Notes: a model not told the origin generated them from the sequence alone. DNA of 63,344 nt, filler included, from Reticulomyxa filosa (GCA_000512085.1; 19 parts of 19 records of this genome joined end to end with filler, not necessarily neighbours in it), one strand, 5' to 3'. Positions 1 through 13,637 are shown, counted from the whole stretch's first letter. Program-made: numbers and translations.

Positions 1-1510
1 TTGCAACGTCCTGAACGAAATTGATAAATACTATGTTTCAACTCTCGCACTGCCTTTATGTGGCGAGTTTCAAGCAAGGGATATTGCAAAATGATCAAAG
101 AAGTAAATTAGTAAACATAAGCACAAGTGGAGAGTAAAAAAATTTTAAACGTAAGCTCCCCAACTTATTTGACAAATTCGCACAGAAAAGAAATTAATAC
201 GTTCATCTTAATGATTTATTTCGGATTATTTTTGTCCAATTACAATTAGTTTTTTGTTACATGTACGTCAATTTTGGAAAACAAAAGTACATCAGAGGCA
301 ACAAGTTATTATCGTTGCATCACCATTAATAGAAAGAGATGGATGTTGCTTTTTCATAAAATACTCCACCAACGCCCATAGACTGGTTTTGCTACAAGTC
401 TAATCCAGTTTAAGATACCCATACAATAGCCCAACGCAGCAACCTTCATTACATCATTCAAATAAACCAAATTAATATCTTTCATTAATTTATCTTCGAG
501 TTGTTGCATGTAACGGCGAGTGTCATCACAAATCTTTTAATAATAAATACAATTATGTTTACATAAAATTTCAGGCCAAGCAAAGTCCAATTAATATACG
601 TAATGACCGAGTCACAGATAAAAAAGAAAACAGTATCAAATAATCCAATTACTCATAAAATGAACAAGTAACAACAAAACTCACCTCAGCAAGAAAAACA
701 AAAAAATTTATTGTTCTGTGGATATCGTTTCAGTGAGATTAATACCATAGCCCATTAGAGACATCGCAATATAAAATGCATTTTACTGCTAGCTCATTAC
801 ACGCAATTTGAACGAATTGTCTCTAATTGGCAAATTGTAAGGGAGAATTGAAAGACACAGAACTGATATATCAACAATATTGATATTTCAAATAAAGACA
901 AGACGATAAAAAATGTGCAAGATTTTTGTTACACATCGCCTCATTCTCACACACCCTCTCCTCCTCAAGCATACAAAGTATAGTTTTAAGTTTGCTCGTG
1001 ATCGGTTGTGATGTTTGAAACCGCCTTGAAAAACAAAACAAACAAAAAAGCAAACAAAAAAAAAGCAAACAAAAAAAACAAAAATGCGAGTTTGCAAAGA
1101 TAAAAAGTACTACACTTCACAGTTACACAACTTTTTCACAAGCAAAACGTAAAACACAACAATACGAACACATTCACGCATTTTGCAACTGATCCAAAAA
1201 ATCAGCGCAAAGAAAAATATGTCATTTAACGAAAAGAAGAGAGGAAGAAAGGAAAAAAAAGAACATTGCAATCAATGGGTTAAAAAGAGAAAGAGGAAAA
1301 AAAACAACGTATTTTTGCAATAGAAATGAGAGGTTCCATCAACCCAGAAGAACATTGGAACCCAAATCAACGTTAATAATGATAACAATAAAAAATTGAC
1401 ACTTAAAACATCCAAATGTTTAAATGGACTTGTAAAACAAAGTATTAAAAGAGATGGTTGTCGTGAATTGATATTTTTTGTATAGAAAAGAGAAAAAATA
1501 GTGATTTGCC

Positions 1511-2940
1511 TCAAACATCTATGAGAGGTAACGGATAGTAGGTACTCCATTGAGGTTTTACGTTTGAAACCGAATTCCATTCGTTCGCCAATTTTTTCAA
1601 ATGGGTCAGCTCTTCACAAGAGGATAGCCACGGGTGTTTCAATGCAAGCTTTTTTCCAAAAAAAAAAAGAAAGAATACGTCTTATGCCATTGGTACAGCA
1701 AAAAAAAAAAATAATAATAAAAACACTACGTTACAAATCGACGATAAACTTGAGCAGATGGTCTGTTTTGAGGTGCGGGCTGAAGCAATATGGAGACAAA
1801 GTTCATGCATCGCTTTGAAATACTGCAATCCATTGGAAATTGCCATCGATTGCTAAACACATTTCGCTTAACATCTTCGATATTTTCACCGAGAAAACAG
1901 CATTTTCCAGTCACCATCTCAAAAGTCATGACACCAACGCTCCAAATGTCTATTATACGCGTTTGTTTATTTGTGTATTCATTTGACGATTATTCTGTGA
2001 ACACTGCCAAGGCCACTAAAAACATACACGTACACATGCAACACATACCGGAAGCTTTGATTGTCCAGCCGCAATGATGACTTTATACATTTTAAAATAA
2101 GCCAAAACAAACATTTTTTTTTGTGAAAGAGGATGAGAACAAGAGAGAAGAGAGAAAGAGAGAAAAGTAGTTTATTCGTTGTATTTGCTTGCAAAAATGA
2201 CTTCCATTAAAAAAACAACAAGCAATACATACACATGTATATATTTATACATATACATACATACTCTGTACACTCATAAATAAGTACATATGTAAAGTAC
2301 AAAACCTCCATCTCTCAGGAGCCAAATAAATTGGTGTTCCGTTAATTCATCGCAGACCATCCAGTCATCTTCGATGCCAACAGCAACTCCAAAGTCGATG
2401 ATTTTTGGGTTGTCAAAAGGGACGACTATCAATCCATTTTCGAACTTTGCATTCCTAAAGACCACATTTTCTGGTTTCAAATCGCGATGAGCGATTTGAC
2501 AGGTGTTGTGTAAATACGACAACGTGTGCAGTAATGAACGAACAATTCTTTTGGTATTTCTCTCGCTGAGACGTTCTTGGGATTTTATTACCTCTAGTTC
2601 CGTTTATTTGTTTATTTCGTTTTTATTCGTCCTGATTGTCGTCAACTTGATTAAAAAAAAAAAAATAACAACAAAACGAAATAAATTGATGTCCGCACAT
2701 TCCGTAATGATACAGGCGTAATTTTCATGTACAAATGCACACTCAAACCTTTGCGAGCGAAAACAACAACGAAAAAAAGATTGCGACTGTTTTTCGACCA
2801 AACGTAAACGTCTGGCTGACCACTAAGTAGTGTCCTCAAAAATAGAGAAAAAAAAATACGTAACTTGATAATACATTCGCTATGCAAACGCTTCAAAATT
2901 GCTATTTCGTTGAGAAATGCGCGATCTATCGATTCGTTTT
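1511..2940 (-). CDS. Ser/Thr protein kinase (CAMK-like), multi-exon, 5' end cut by contig break
   Basis: Exons give FLNEIAILKRLHSECII, IAHRDLKPEN, KIIDFG, DIWSVGVMTFEMVTG, NRPSAQ and ALKHPWL; stop TGA at 1511-1513. Confidence 0.9.
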
Positions 2941-3146
2941 TACGCTTGCAAACACACGCACACATACACAACAGGGTACAAACACACATGCATTTCACTT
3001 TGGATATAACCGTGCAAATAATTATTGGAGGTGTGCTTTTTTTTTTNNNNNNNNNNNNNNNNNNNNNNNNNNNNNNNNNNNNNNNNNNNNTTAATTAATT
3101 AANNNNNNNNNNNNNNNNNNNNNNNNNNNNNNNNNNNNNNNNNNNN

Positions 3147-4386
3147 GAACAAGGAACAAGGAACAAGGAACAAAAACAACGGCAAATAAATAATGACAAA
3201 TAATAATAGTGAAAGCAATGGACAAACAAACTGTGATTGGCGCTGACCAATTGCATCCCATTGAAATTTGACGGACACATGCCACTTGAATTTTGTTTGG
3301 AAAAACGGAATCGTGCAGGACACTTGACTGATTCATCGGATCGAACCTTGGCAGTTGTACCACTCGCGCTGAGAGAACGAGTCTTTAGAGAAGCGACAGC
3401 AATATGTGATTTGTCGTGTCGAACTGTGACGGCAGTGGATTTGGTCACATTGGCTGTTGCATAGCTGCTTTCCATTTGTTTTGGTGAAGTCGTAGGAGGA
3501 TGTGCATCATTTGAAGATGCAATTTTTTGGGGGGTTTTCAATGCGTGCTTTGATTGCTTATGAACACATGCTTTGGTCTTTTTGTCTGTTCTTTCTTCCG
3601 CCTTTTTCTTATGTATATTATGTACATTATGTACATTTGTATTTTTGATTTTATGCATACCTATACTATCATTATCCTCATTTTTATTCTTATTATTATT
3701 CTTATTATTATTCTTATTATTATTCTTATTCTTATTCTTATTATTCTTCTTATTATTCTTCTTATTAATATTATTATTATTGGCTATCTTTTCTTTGCTT
3801 GGTTGCGAGACAATCACAACCTCACTTGAATCAACCGAATCACATCGCGGTGATGAATCGTGCTCTCTTTCACTACTGCTGTCGTCTTCATCTAGTGAAT
3901 CTAACGGAAGGAGTGATTGCTGCTGTTGTTCTTTCTTACGGTTTTCCATGTCTGTTTTGTAATTAGCTCCATACAAGTGCAGTTGATGATAATTCACCGA
4001 CTGTTTTCTTTCACGAAAGTTGTATCGTCTAATAATATATATGTATATATGCATATATACATATATATATCATATACGTGTACACAAAAGACACGATGAT
4101 CAAACACAAACAGAACATCCGCGTGCAAAAAACAACAAGGTTATATATACGTGTCTTGGATATCTTGCTTTAACTTTAAACAAGAAGGATCGAAGGCACA
4201 CTCTGCCTTTTGCTTGATATTCGATTTCGAATCCAAGTTTCTTGCATCTTGCTCTTTCATCTTTTGGGAATTGATTTCATTGTTTTGTTCTGGTAACTTG
4301 TCAATTTCTATTATTTCTATATCTGAGCCAAATTTTGTTCCAATTGTTGTGTCGTCGTTCAAACGCATGCGCTTCACTGGCCTCAT
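3147..4386 (-). CDS. Hypothetical low-complexity (Asn/Lys-rich) protein, spliced, 3' incomplete
   Basis: Exon ORFs 4141-4386 and about 3240-4030, separated by a (TA)n-rich intron; no recognisable domain. Confidence 0.5.
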
Positions 4387-5097
4387 TTCTTTTCAAGATT
4401 AAACAAAAAAATGGCCAAAATCATACACAAGAATGGGCTACAACTGACACAATTACACTCCAAATAAGCAATTTCAATATCAAAAAGTTTTTTTTGAGCG
4501 GCAAAAAATTTCCGAATATTCCAGAGCAAGACTTGTAACAACCACACAAGCATTGTCTGAACTTTTGTTACCAAAGTGAAGATATCGAACAGGATAAAAT
4601 ATTTGGAAAGAGAGTTAGAGTTCTTCGATAAAATGTGTTGGTTGAGTTAAGCTCTCGATATCAATCAAAATTTTGATGCGCACTGGACAAGAAACAAACA
4701 AGCGAGAAAAAATCACACTATGTTAAAATACAACACCAAAATCCGAGTGCCATGAACGATGGAAAAAAATAACAATGAAGAGCAACTAAAAAAAAATTAA
4801 AACCACCTTTAAAACGTTCAAAAAAAAAAAGAAAAAAAGAAGTGACACAAAAAAGAGAAAAAAAAGGGAGGGACAAAACAATGTGATGCACTTTTGGTTG
4901 TACCCAATTTTTTTTTTTAATATCCGATACCATCGGACTAATTTTTTTTTTTTTTTTTGCAAAGGAAAAAAAAAAAAAAAGCAATAACAATGTAATATTT
5001 TTTTTTTTTTTTGAAACATGGCATGGCACTTTTTTTTGTCTTTTGTTTTTTTTGTTAATATTTGTTTTTGATTTAAAAAATAGTAGGAATAGATTGT

Positions 5098-7012
5098 TCA
5101 TAACGAGTCAGTTTTTGGTTTCATGATCGCATGTTCCTGAGGAGGCTGAGTTGATACGTCAGTATCGCGTTGATGGATATCAGTTAGATCATTTGATGTG
5201 AGTTCTTGTGTCAACACGCTGGAGTCGCCATGCGGATGGAATGATTCCTGTGCAACAATTGCATTAAAACGAATAAGACGACTGCACACGTAACAAAAAA
5301 AAAAAAAGGACATACCTTGGCTAATGAGGGTGGTTCTTTTGGAGGGGCTCTGGCACTTAGTGTGAGTGGACCTTGCAGCAAGGAGTTGGTGTGTGTACCC
5401 GACCTCGTGTGATCGTTTTCGGAAATGTCAAGGGAATGGTCATTGAGCCGATGCAGGTTCATCGTGGAGGAGTTGGTTTTCCAATGTGGAGTGTCATGGA
5501 CCTGCTGGTCGTCGTTGAAGTGAACAAGCTTAGTGAATGCATGACTTTCATTATTGTCGTTGCGCATGTAATTGTGAGCAGCAATCTCATGTTCGGGGAT
5601 GGTAATGTTTGTGACTGACATTCCATGCTGCGTGGACATGGGCAATTTCTTTTTGATCCCACTCGTCCTTTTGTGGGAATGGAAAGGGTTGTTTTGTACT
5701 GACGACGTGTAGTCTGCATTCGTTGGAAGCGAAGGGGTGTGCGTCTCCATATCTGTGTTTGGAGAGGGAAGATCTTGTCTCGGCTTGGACGAAATCGCAA
5801 TTTCAAATGGCTCTGCAAATGTCACCAAAGGCTTTCGTTTGACTTCTCCAACTCCAACTCCGACTCCAACTCCGACTCCGACTCCGATTCCGATTCTTCC
5901 AATGTCACTATTTTGTTCGAATCCGTGATGACGATCGTGCTCGTCCTCACGTCCGTCGTCTTTCGACTCTTGCTGGACGTGCTGCGTGCGCGATGTGGAG
6001 TCCCTCCGTAGTTGCGCATGCGGATTCTGCTCCTCCAACACTCCGATGTCACTCTGCATGCTGCTCTCCTGGTCGAACATGGACTTCTGGATTCGGGTCT
6101 GTTCGTTCCTCCCACTCATCGCGTTCAGCTGCGTGATTGATGATAACGGAGGAATCGGTACCGATGTCAAGTGCTGGTAAAACGGGTCCGCCATGGGAGG
6201 AGTACCCGTGCTCGCCAAATAGTTTATCTTGGTTGGCGGAGGAGGAGGTAGAGTCATTGGTAATTGAATCGGTGTATTGTTCGACATGGCCCCTGTGAAA
6301 TTCTATGCAATGTGCACGCCAGATGCAATGTATACGTATATGGATACACATAAATAATGTATAAGTATTTATGTTTGTGTTTGGTTCACTCAACTGAAAA
6401 TGTCAAACTACTTATTTGTGTATTTACATTGGATGGACGTGGAGGTTCATTATTGTCCCATTGGGGGGGCGGTTGATTTTTTGGATTGCTCTTGTTATTT
6501 TGCAGCTTTGGAGGGAAGAATGGATTGTTTTGTTCCATTGGATGTTCAGTGTTTGGATCATATCGTCGAGCTGGACCAGGCTTTACCCCGTTTCGATCCA
6601 TTGCGCGTTGAAGACTCTTTTCTTCGTCGTAAGAGAATTCATCATTGTTATCTCTGCGATTGTTATCTCTGCGATTGTTATCATCATCATCATCATCATC
6701 ATCGTCGTCGTCGTCGTCATCGTCGTCTTCGTCATCCATATTGCGTTTGTACTGTGCCATTTTTATCATGTTTTCCGTTGCAATGCGAATCGGCAACGGA
6801 TCATTGTGAAACACAGTAGTTTGAGCAGTCGTGACGTGCTGCCGATTTTTGGGACGCGGACGCTGTCCAATGGGAGAGCCCGTGTGCGATCGTGAAGACG
6901 ATCGCGAGTGTGAGTGTGACTGTGAGTGCGAACGCGACCGCGAATTCGAGCGTTTTCGACGAGTCGTGGCAATATCTGTCTGATGATATTCTGTTTTCCA
7001 AAACCCCCCCCC
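5098..7012 (-). CDS. Hypothetical low-complexity Pro/Asp/Gln-rich protein, multi-exon, 5' incomplete
   Basis: Consecutive GC-richer open frames (6386-6814+, 5211-6287, 5098-5313) with GT..AG introns between them. Confidence 0.6.
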
Positions 7013-7710
7013 NNNNNNNNNNNNNNNNNNNNNNNNNNNNNNNNNNNNNNNNNNNNTTAATTAATTAANNNNNNNNNNNNNNNNNNNNNNNNNNNNNNNN
7101 NNNNNNNNNNNNTTTGGCAGTATTTTTTTTTTTGTCGCAAATAAGCGTTTCACTTGAAAATGTGTCCCTTAGTTCAGTGTTTAACCCCAACCGATTCGAT
7201 CGTCATCAATGCGCTTGTAAAAACGGTAAAGATTATGCAAAGTAAATAGGGTACAGGATACACAATATATCAACACTAGCACGACTCCCAAAATATAATC
7301 ATTTTTTTTTCTGCTTTGCCCGCTTGAAGGCAAACATTATCTTGCTGTACGGACATGCTGAATTTTTCCTCACATTCTCTTTGCCCTTACCCTTTGGTGG
7401 TGGGCAACACCTTGTGTGTTACAACTGATTTGAGAAAATTACATAAAAAAAACCCAACCCCAGCAAATCGGCAACGATCAATAATTATTAATGTCGCTTA
7501 AATCTGTGGATGAAAACACTCGTTTAGGAAGTATAGCCAACTCCACAATAATTTAAGAAAAGAGGATAACAATGCATTACAATAAATTTGAGAAAATAAC
7601 TTTGCAATTTTTTCAATTTTTTGTGAATGTGTCACACAAGTATTGCAACGACAAACAGAGGGAACAAGAGCACAGCAGTCCTCAATTTCAAAAAAAACAA
7701 GTAAAAAAAA

Positions 7711-8290
7711 ATGTCGGAACATTCAATCATCTCAATGGACCCTCCGCAACATGAAGGTCCTAATGGGATTTCAGAGAAAGATGATGCGAAAGTGATCGAT
7801 GAAGGTGAAGTAGAAGGGCAGCGTGCATTGCGCTCAAGAGCGCCAGTGGTGTCAGTGGTGCCAACGGAAAGTCCGGAAAGAGAGCACAAGAATTCAACAG
7901 AAAGCAACAACAGCGACGGGGAGTCGAAGCCAGAGCATTTATCACGCCTATTGCCACGCACGCATTTGATAAAGCCAGCAACATCAACAGTGCCCATCGA
8001 GGACCAAGTGACATTAGAGGACATAAATGTGAGCAATCGTCGTTACAAGCTGCTACTGTGCTGTCGCTTTTTCACGCTGCTCGCCATTATCGTTGTGTAC
8101 TTGGTGTTGTACCAGTTGCTCCTTTATTTAGATACCAATGAAAACCAAACAATCACCATGCACGCCAAGCTAGCCCAAAGTCAAATACCCTTACCCGTCG
8201 TCTATGTCGCCTTTCCACTCAGGGCCATCAGCGCTGTCCAAATTGCCGCGTTGTACATTGTAAGGAATGGTGTCGTTACCAGTGAAGTGA
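7711..8290 (+). CDS. Hypothetical membrane protein, N-terminal part
   Basis: Acidic disordered N-terminus, then hydrophobic segment FFTLLAIIVVYLVLYQLLLYL and ectodomain start; GT donor near 8287. Confidence 0.5.
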
Positions 8291-9706
8291 GCTTATACTA
8301 TTATTGCAACAAACAAACAACAACAAAAGTGCGATCACGCGTGAAAGAGGAAAAAAAAAAANNNNNNNNNNNNNNNNNNNNNNNNNNNNNNNNNNNNNNN
8401 NNNNNTTAATTAATTAANNNNNNNNNNNNNNNNNNNNNNNNNNNNNNNNNNNNNNNNNNNNTGAATTCCTTACATACAAAAGCACACAAAATATTTCGAA
8501 AAAAACTAGGCGTTGGAAAGGATATAGTAATGTGAAAGAAGGAGTATTGATATGTTTCGAAAAAATGCCGTAATTTTTGTGTTTAAAATAACAAACGTAA
8601 ACTGGTAAATATGTACCAAGGAAGATAACCTGAACACAACAGAGGGGGGTAAGAAGGAAAAAAAAAAAAAAGATGATATTGATAATAATCAAAATGGAAT
8701 CTGGCAAAAAGACGCCATCTGAATGATGATACTTCTAATATAGCGAAGTTGGAACTGTCATCTCTGGTAGTTATTTTGCGGCTTGAAAAGAGGTGTCAAT
8801 ACTAAGACAGAACACATTTGTTGGTTGTAATTTACAAATAGATGGGTTTGCGTTCAAAAAATGATTTGGAAGATTCAATAATCAAATGGGCATATGAATA
8901 TCTCTCCAAAGGAAAGTCTGTGGATGTAAGAAAGTGTTATGTTTTCCAAAGAGGAGATTGTAAAGGTTCATATGCAATACAACGAAGAGGTCTGCACAGA
9001 GAGAACCATCTTTGCACATCGGATAGACAAAGAGCATATAGTGATATAGTGTGTATACTTATCTCAATATCACAGACCGAAGCATCTTTAGGACACATTT
9101 GATCACAACAAAAGAAGACCACACAAAATCGGCCACCGTTGTACGTGAGCCTTTAATTAATTTTTTTTATTTAATTAAAGATTTGATACTCCTCAAATTT
9201 TTATTGAAAAATTTTTTTTTTTGAATTATAGTTCCTTTTGATTTTTTTATAATAATTTCAGGCTCATCGTAAAAAATTTCTAAATTTTAATGTTTTCAAT
9301 CTAAAAGAAAGTAGAAAATATTCGGATAGACTCGATTTGCTATCTTGTACTGTTTAGAGTTAGTACCAAGAAAAAAAAAAAAAATAAGTGCTCCAAAAGA
9401 GCCACGCGTAAGACTGTGCGAAATTAGGAATTGATTCTTACCACTATTACTGGTAAAAAAAAGATCTCGAGTAATGTCCTCTTGTCGTTTATAGGAGTAG
9501 ATGACAAGAAGAATAACGTATAACAGAAAAGAATGTATAATAAAAAGATATTTTAAACAAGGTGTTAGAATATTGCATTAAGGAAAAAAAAATCAAAAGC
9601 ATGAAGNNNNNNNNNNNNNNNNNNNNNNNNNNNNNNNNNNNNNNNNNNNNTTAATTAATTAANNNNNNNNNNNNNNNNNNNNNNNNNNNNNNNNNNNNNN
9701 NNNNNN

Positions 9707-10470
9707 ATAGTGATTGCATTGTATTGGAAAATTTAACGAAAAATTTCATTAATGACGTGCAATTGCCTGATGCAAGATGCTTTTATGCGTTTCAAGCTTC
9801 AATGGAAAACGTTCAAAGTGAGACATACTCGTTGTTGATAAACACATATTTGAAGAACGCCAAAGAAAAGCAGCACTTGTTCAACGCGATGGACGAAATT
9901 GAATGCGTGAAACAGAAGGCAAAATGGGCATTGCAATGGATGAATAATGAAGCACCTTTCATTCAACGATTGGTTGCTTATGCCTGTGCAGATGGAATAT
10001 TTTTCAGCTGATCATTTTGTGCAATATTTTGGCTAAAGAAGCATTGTTTGATTCCAGGCCTTACGTTTATCAATGAACTAATTAGTCGTGACGAAGGATC
10101 TCACACTGATTTTGCTTGTCTGCTTTATCGTGAGTGCGTGCATCAGTTGAAAGATAAAATTGTCCACTAAATTGTTAGATATTCATTGAAATGCGAGAAA
10201 ACGTTTGTGGATTCACTACCAGTCAATCTGATTGTAATGAACTCTGAACGAATGTCTCAATACATTGAATTTGTTGCCTATAGATTGCTTCATGCTTTAG
10301 GTCATCACAAAATATTTAAAGTTGTAAATCCCTTTGAATGGATAGAAATGATATCATTGCAAGGTAAGTCATTTTTTGAAAAAATAGTCGGAGAATATGC
10401 AAAAGCTGGTGTTATGTTATAATTACAAAAACTTGATGAAGATCATTTTATTTTGGACTTGGAATTTTAA
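9707..10470 (+). pseudogene. RRM2: Ribonucleotide reductase small subunit (class Ia R2) pseudogene, intronless in this part
   Basis: One frame gives [62 protein letters not shown] and C-terminal FILDLEF; in-frame stops at 10009-10011, 10168-10170 and 10420-10422; iron ligands altered (H->Q, E->D). Confidence 0.93.
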
Positions 10471-11347
10471 AAGTCACAATGCAAATAAAATACTTTTAAC
10501 TTTTCGCTATTTCCACAAAATTGAGGTCACTTCCTCTTAAAGCGAGAATGAAACTAGGCCAAACAAAGTCAAATATTCGAAGCCATCATACCCTCGAAGC
10601 AAACGCAAATTGAAAGAAGTAATTGCTGACGATAAAGTAACAGAAGATATCGAATATAAAATTTTATGCTATTATACGACAAGTAGTCATGTATGTATTG
10701 TAAAAAAAATTAATACTTAAGTGTTGTTGATTGTCTAGTTATGTGAGGCACTTGAGTTATGTGTGGCAATAATTATGTGTGGCGCTTAAGAGTTATGTAT
10801 AGCACGTGTAGTTAATATCATTTAGTCTTTCATCTCATTGTGTCTTTAAGCTCATACTTTACACTTATACAGTAGATTGCAAAAAAAACTGACATACATA
10901 AATGACACTATAAGAAGAGAATCGATTTTCTCCATGAAATATAAAGATTTAAACATAATTTTTTTTCAAAAAATATATACTAATCTTGTAGTTTTTAAAT
11001 ATTAACATTTTTTTTTTGCTAATTTTTTTAATTGATATTTAAAATATTGAAATATTTGATTGCNNNNNNNNNNNNNNNNNNNNNNNNNNNNNNNNNNNNN
11101 NNNNNNNTTAATTAATTAANNNNNNNNNNNNNNNNNNNNNNNNNNNNNNNNNNNNNNNNNNNNCCTTTGGGTTGGACTGACACCCGAACCAAACTGACAT
11201 TCGAATTGGCATTCAAGCCCGACAAATGGGAGTAATCATAAATGGACTACACTTGAGAAAGACCAGCTTTCGACCGTGCGTCGACCACATTGGAGACATC
11301 GTCCAAATGCATCCAAACGAGGAAAGTCCGCTGATCGAGTTTATAAC

Positions 11348-12240
11348 TCACCTGAACTTGTCCCGAGCACTTGTCTTTGCGTTTGATCTGTGCGGTGACC
11401 CATTGCGAGCTTGTATGCAAAAAGATGCCGACCCAGTCGTCGTTGATTCAGACAAAGACTCGTCATTGACATAGCCTTCATTTGCTATTACTACATTTCG
11501 ATTTGCTTGTCCTAAGTATTTTTCAAATTGTAATGAGCAAAAGGTTTCATCTAAATCTCGGACAGATGGTGAGATGTTCACAAACATCAATGTCTTTGAC
11601 TGGCCTCCTACATTTATTTTAAAAAAAGAAAAATGTTATTAATTATTTCAAATCAAGCTACAAAAAGAAACTTACCCAAAGAATCTTGTAATTCCAGCCA
11701 ATTCAATCAAATGCAATTTGCCAAAGAATCTGTCTCACGAGTGACATGATTACATCCAATCACTTCAAACAATTCCTTTGTCGCTCAATAGTTGACTCCT
11801 CGGCCATGTGTCGGACCTTTCATTGTATATGTTTTGCCATTTCTGCTTGTCCATACGTCTTTATTTATATATATATTTTTTCCAATCCAACTTAAGTCAA
11901 CATTATAATGTTATCATATTTGTTTTTGTATAATTCGAGAATTCAGGGACTTAACTCTTCAAAATTGTGTGTACTCAAGGTGCAATTCATCGACAAATTA
12001 AACACTCATTTCGCTCGAGCTGTCATTTTACAAAAGTGGCCGAACACGGCCTACTGACAATAGATATTAGCAGGGTTTTCGCCATAACAGAAGATATCGC
12101 TCATATCTTTGAAATGATTTTGCTTCATTTCGATGAGGGCTGACGACATATCTTTCGCTTCAGCCATCATTGCTTGTGGCCTTTCTTTCACGCACCTTTG
12201 TGATACTTTCAACTCTAAATTTGCTACTATTTCTACTCAT
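11348..12240 (-). pseudogene. Kinesin-14-type pseudogene with internal deletions
   Basis: Fragments GKTYTMKG, GKLHLIELAG, LQDSLG|[23 protein letters not shown] with stops and frameshifts; the region between LIELAG and LQDSLG is missing. Confidence 0.85.
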
Positions 12241-12400
12241 TGCAAACAAAACAAAACAAACAGTAAAGTTAGTGTATTTGTTCAGTTTATTGGCTGATTT
12301 NNNNNNNNNNNNNNNNNNNNNNNNNNNNNNNNNNNNNNNNNNNNTTAATTAATTAANNNNNNNNNNNNNNNNNNNNNNNNNNNNNNNNNNNNNNNNNNNN

Positions 12401-12589
12401 CCCACTGGTGTCAAAGTCCAATCGGTGCACGTTCGCCACGCCTTTGCCATACTTGGCATGCACTTGCCGCATCAGGTTGTCTCGCGCCTTGTCCCAACGG
12501 TCAGGCGCAATCAGCAGGCCGCTGGGCTTGTCAAAGGCCAGCAGGGTGTCGTCTTCAAAGAGGATGGGAGGGAGCGCCACAGGGGCCAT
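12401..12589 (-). CDS. Bacterial RluA-family pseudouridine synthase, N-terminal fragment
   Basis: ILFEDDTLLAFDKPSGLL and VHRLDFDTSG (catalytic HRLD); GC-rich contig. Confidence 0.92.
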
Positions 12590-12730
12590 TAGCGCGCTCG
12601 CCCGGGGCGGGTGCAATGGCAAACATTCGTCGCCCATTCGTAACCTTCGCAACAGCCCGATGGCGGGCCGGTAAACTCGCGGTCACAGCCGCGCTTTGGC
12701 TTTGCGACTCGCTGGTGTCTGCCTTCCTCA

Positions 12731-13537
12731 GTGAAAGGACATGCCCGCGCTCAGTCTCGCTCCCGCCCTCAACCTGGTGTCCGCTTTCACCCGGCTTCCC
12801 CTACTCAGCCGCTGCGCACGTTCCTCCGCACCACCGGCTACAAACTGCGCCCGCCGCGGCCCGTTCCCTTCTCTCCCTCCGTCCGTCAGCGTCAGGACGC
12901 CGTCCTCGCTTCGGGTCAAGCGGGCCTCCATCAGGCCGCCTCGCTCCTCTGGGAACAGCGTCCGGGCCCCACGCCGACGCTGGTACTCGGTGGCTTCGTC
13001 CCCGACGCCACGGAGCAGGTGTTCCTCTTGCGCGGCTTCATGCTGCGCCGCGGTTCCGTCTACTACTGCAATTTTCCGCGACATGGTTTCTCCGTCGACC
13101 TGCTCTTCGCCCAACTCGAAGACTTGGTCGAGGAACTGAACCAACGGCATGGCACGCCGCCCGTCATCTTCGGCGTCAGCTTCGGCGCTGGTTTGATTTT
13201 GGAATGGTTGCGCCGGGCCCGGCTCGGCGGTCGTTCGCCGGCACTGGGCGGCCTGCTCCTCGTCAGTCCGGTGGCGTGCCTCGAAGATCTGCTCGACCCG
13301 CGCGCGCCCAAACCCACCACGCTCCTCGGTCGCGCCGTCAAACCGTTCCTCCAATCCGAGGCGCCCCCCTGAGGCGGCCCACATTGAACGGTCCCGCGGG
13401 ATCTTCACCAAGATGTTTGAGGCCGGAGCCCAAAACAAGGCGTCCCTCCGCGCCCTCATGACCGCGGGCGAATTAAAGTACCTGCACAGCTCCGTCATCT
13501 CCACCATTCGCGCCATCGACGCCCAAGGCGCCGCCGA
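12731..13537 (+). CDS. Bacterial alpha/beta-hydrolase, apparent frameshift at C-run 13364-13369, 3' truncated
   Basis: LVLGGF oxyanion-like segment, nucleophile elbow GVSFG, LLLVSP; after the C-run the shifted frame reads EAAHIERSRGIFTKMFEAGAQNKASL. Confidence 0.8.
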
Positions 13538-13637
13538 NNNNNNNNNNNNNNNNNNNNNNNNNNNNNNNNNNNNNNNNNNNNTTAATTAATTAANNNNNNN
13601 NNNNNNNNNNNNNNNNNNNNNNNNNNNNNNNNNNNNN

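Noticed and set aside
3554-3962. Hydrophobic 'membrane' ORFs such as poly-I/L/F (also 6416-6895, 38875-39555, 52000-52449)
   Set aside because: Antisense shadows of Asn/Lys/Asp/Glu-rich coding microsatellites.
7113-7145. Second copy of the inner Tc1 end (T-run + GTCGCAA)
   Set aside because: Match is mostly homopolymer and lacks the terminal CTG|TA.
8462-9606. Coding remnant on this contig
   Set aside because: Only short broken frames with no recognisable motif.
10009-10422. Stop-codon reassignment or selenocysteine readthrough in the RNR gene
   Set aside because: Both TGA and TAA occur, the TGA at a conserved Gly position; metal ligands are also mutated; intact genes in the window use TAA, TAG and TGA as normal stops.
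12401-13537. Horizontal transfer of bacterial genes into the protist
   Set aside because: No host sequence on the same contig; co-assembly is simpler. The same applies to 41056-42246.
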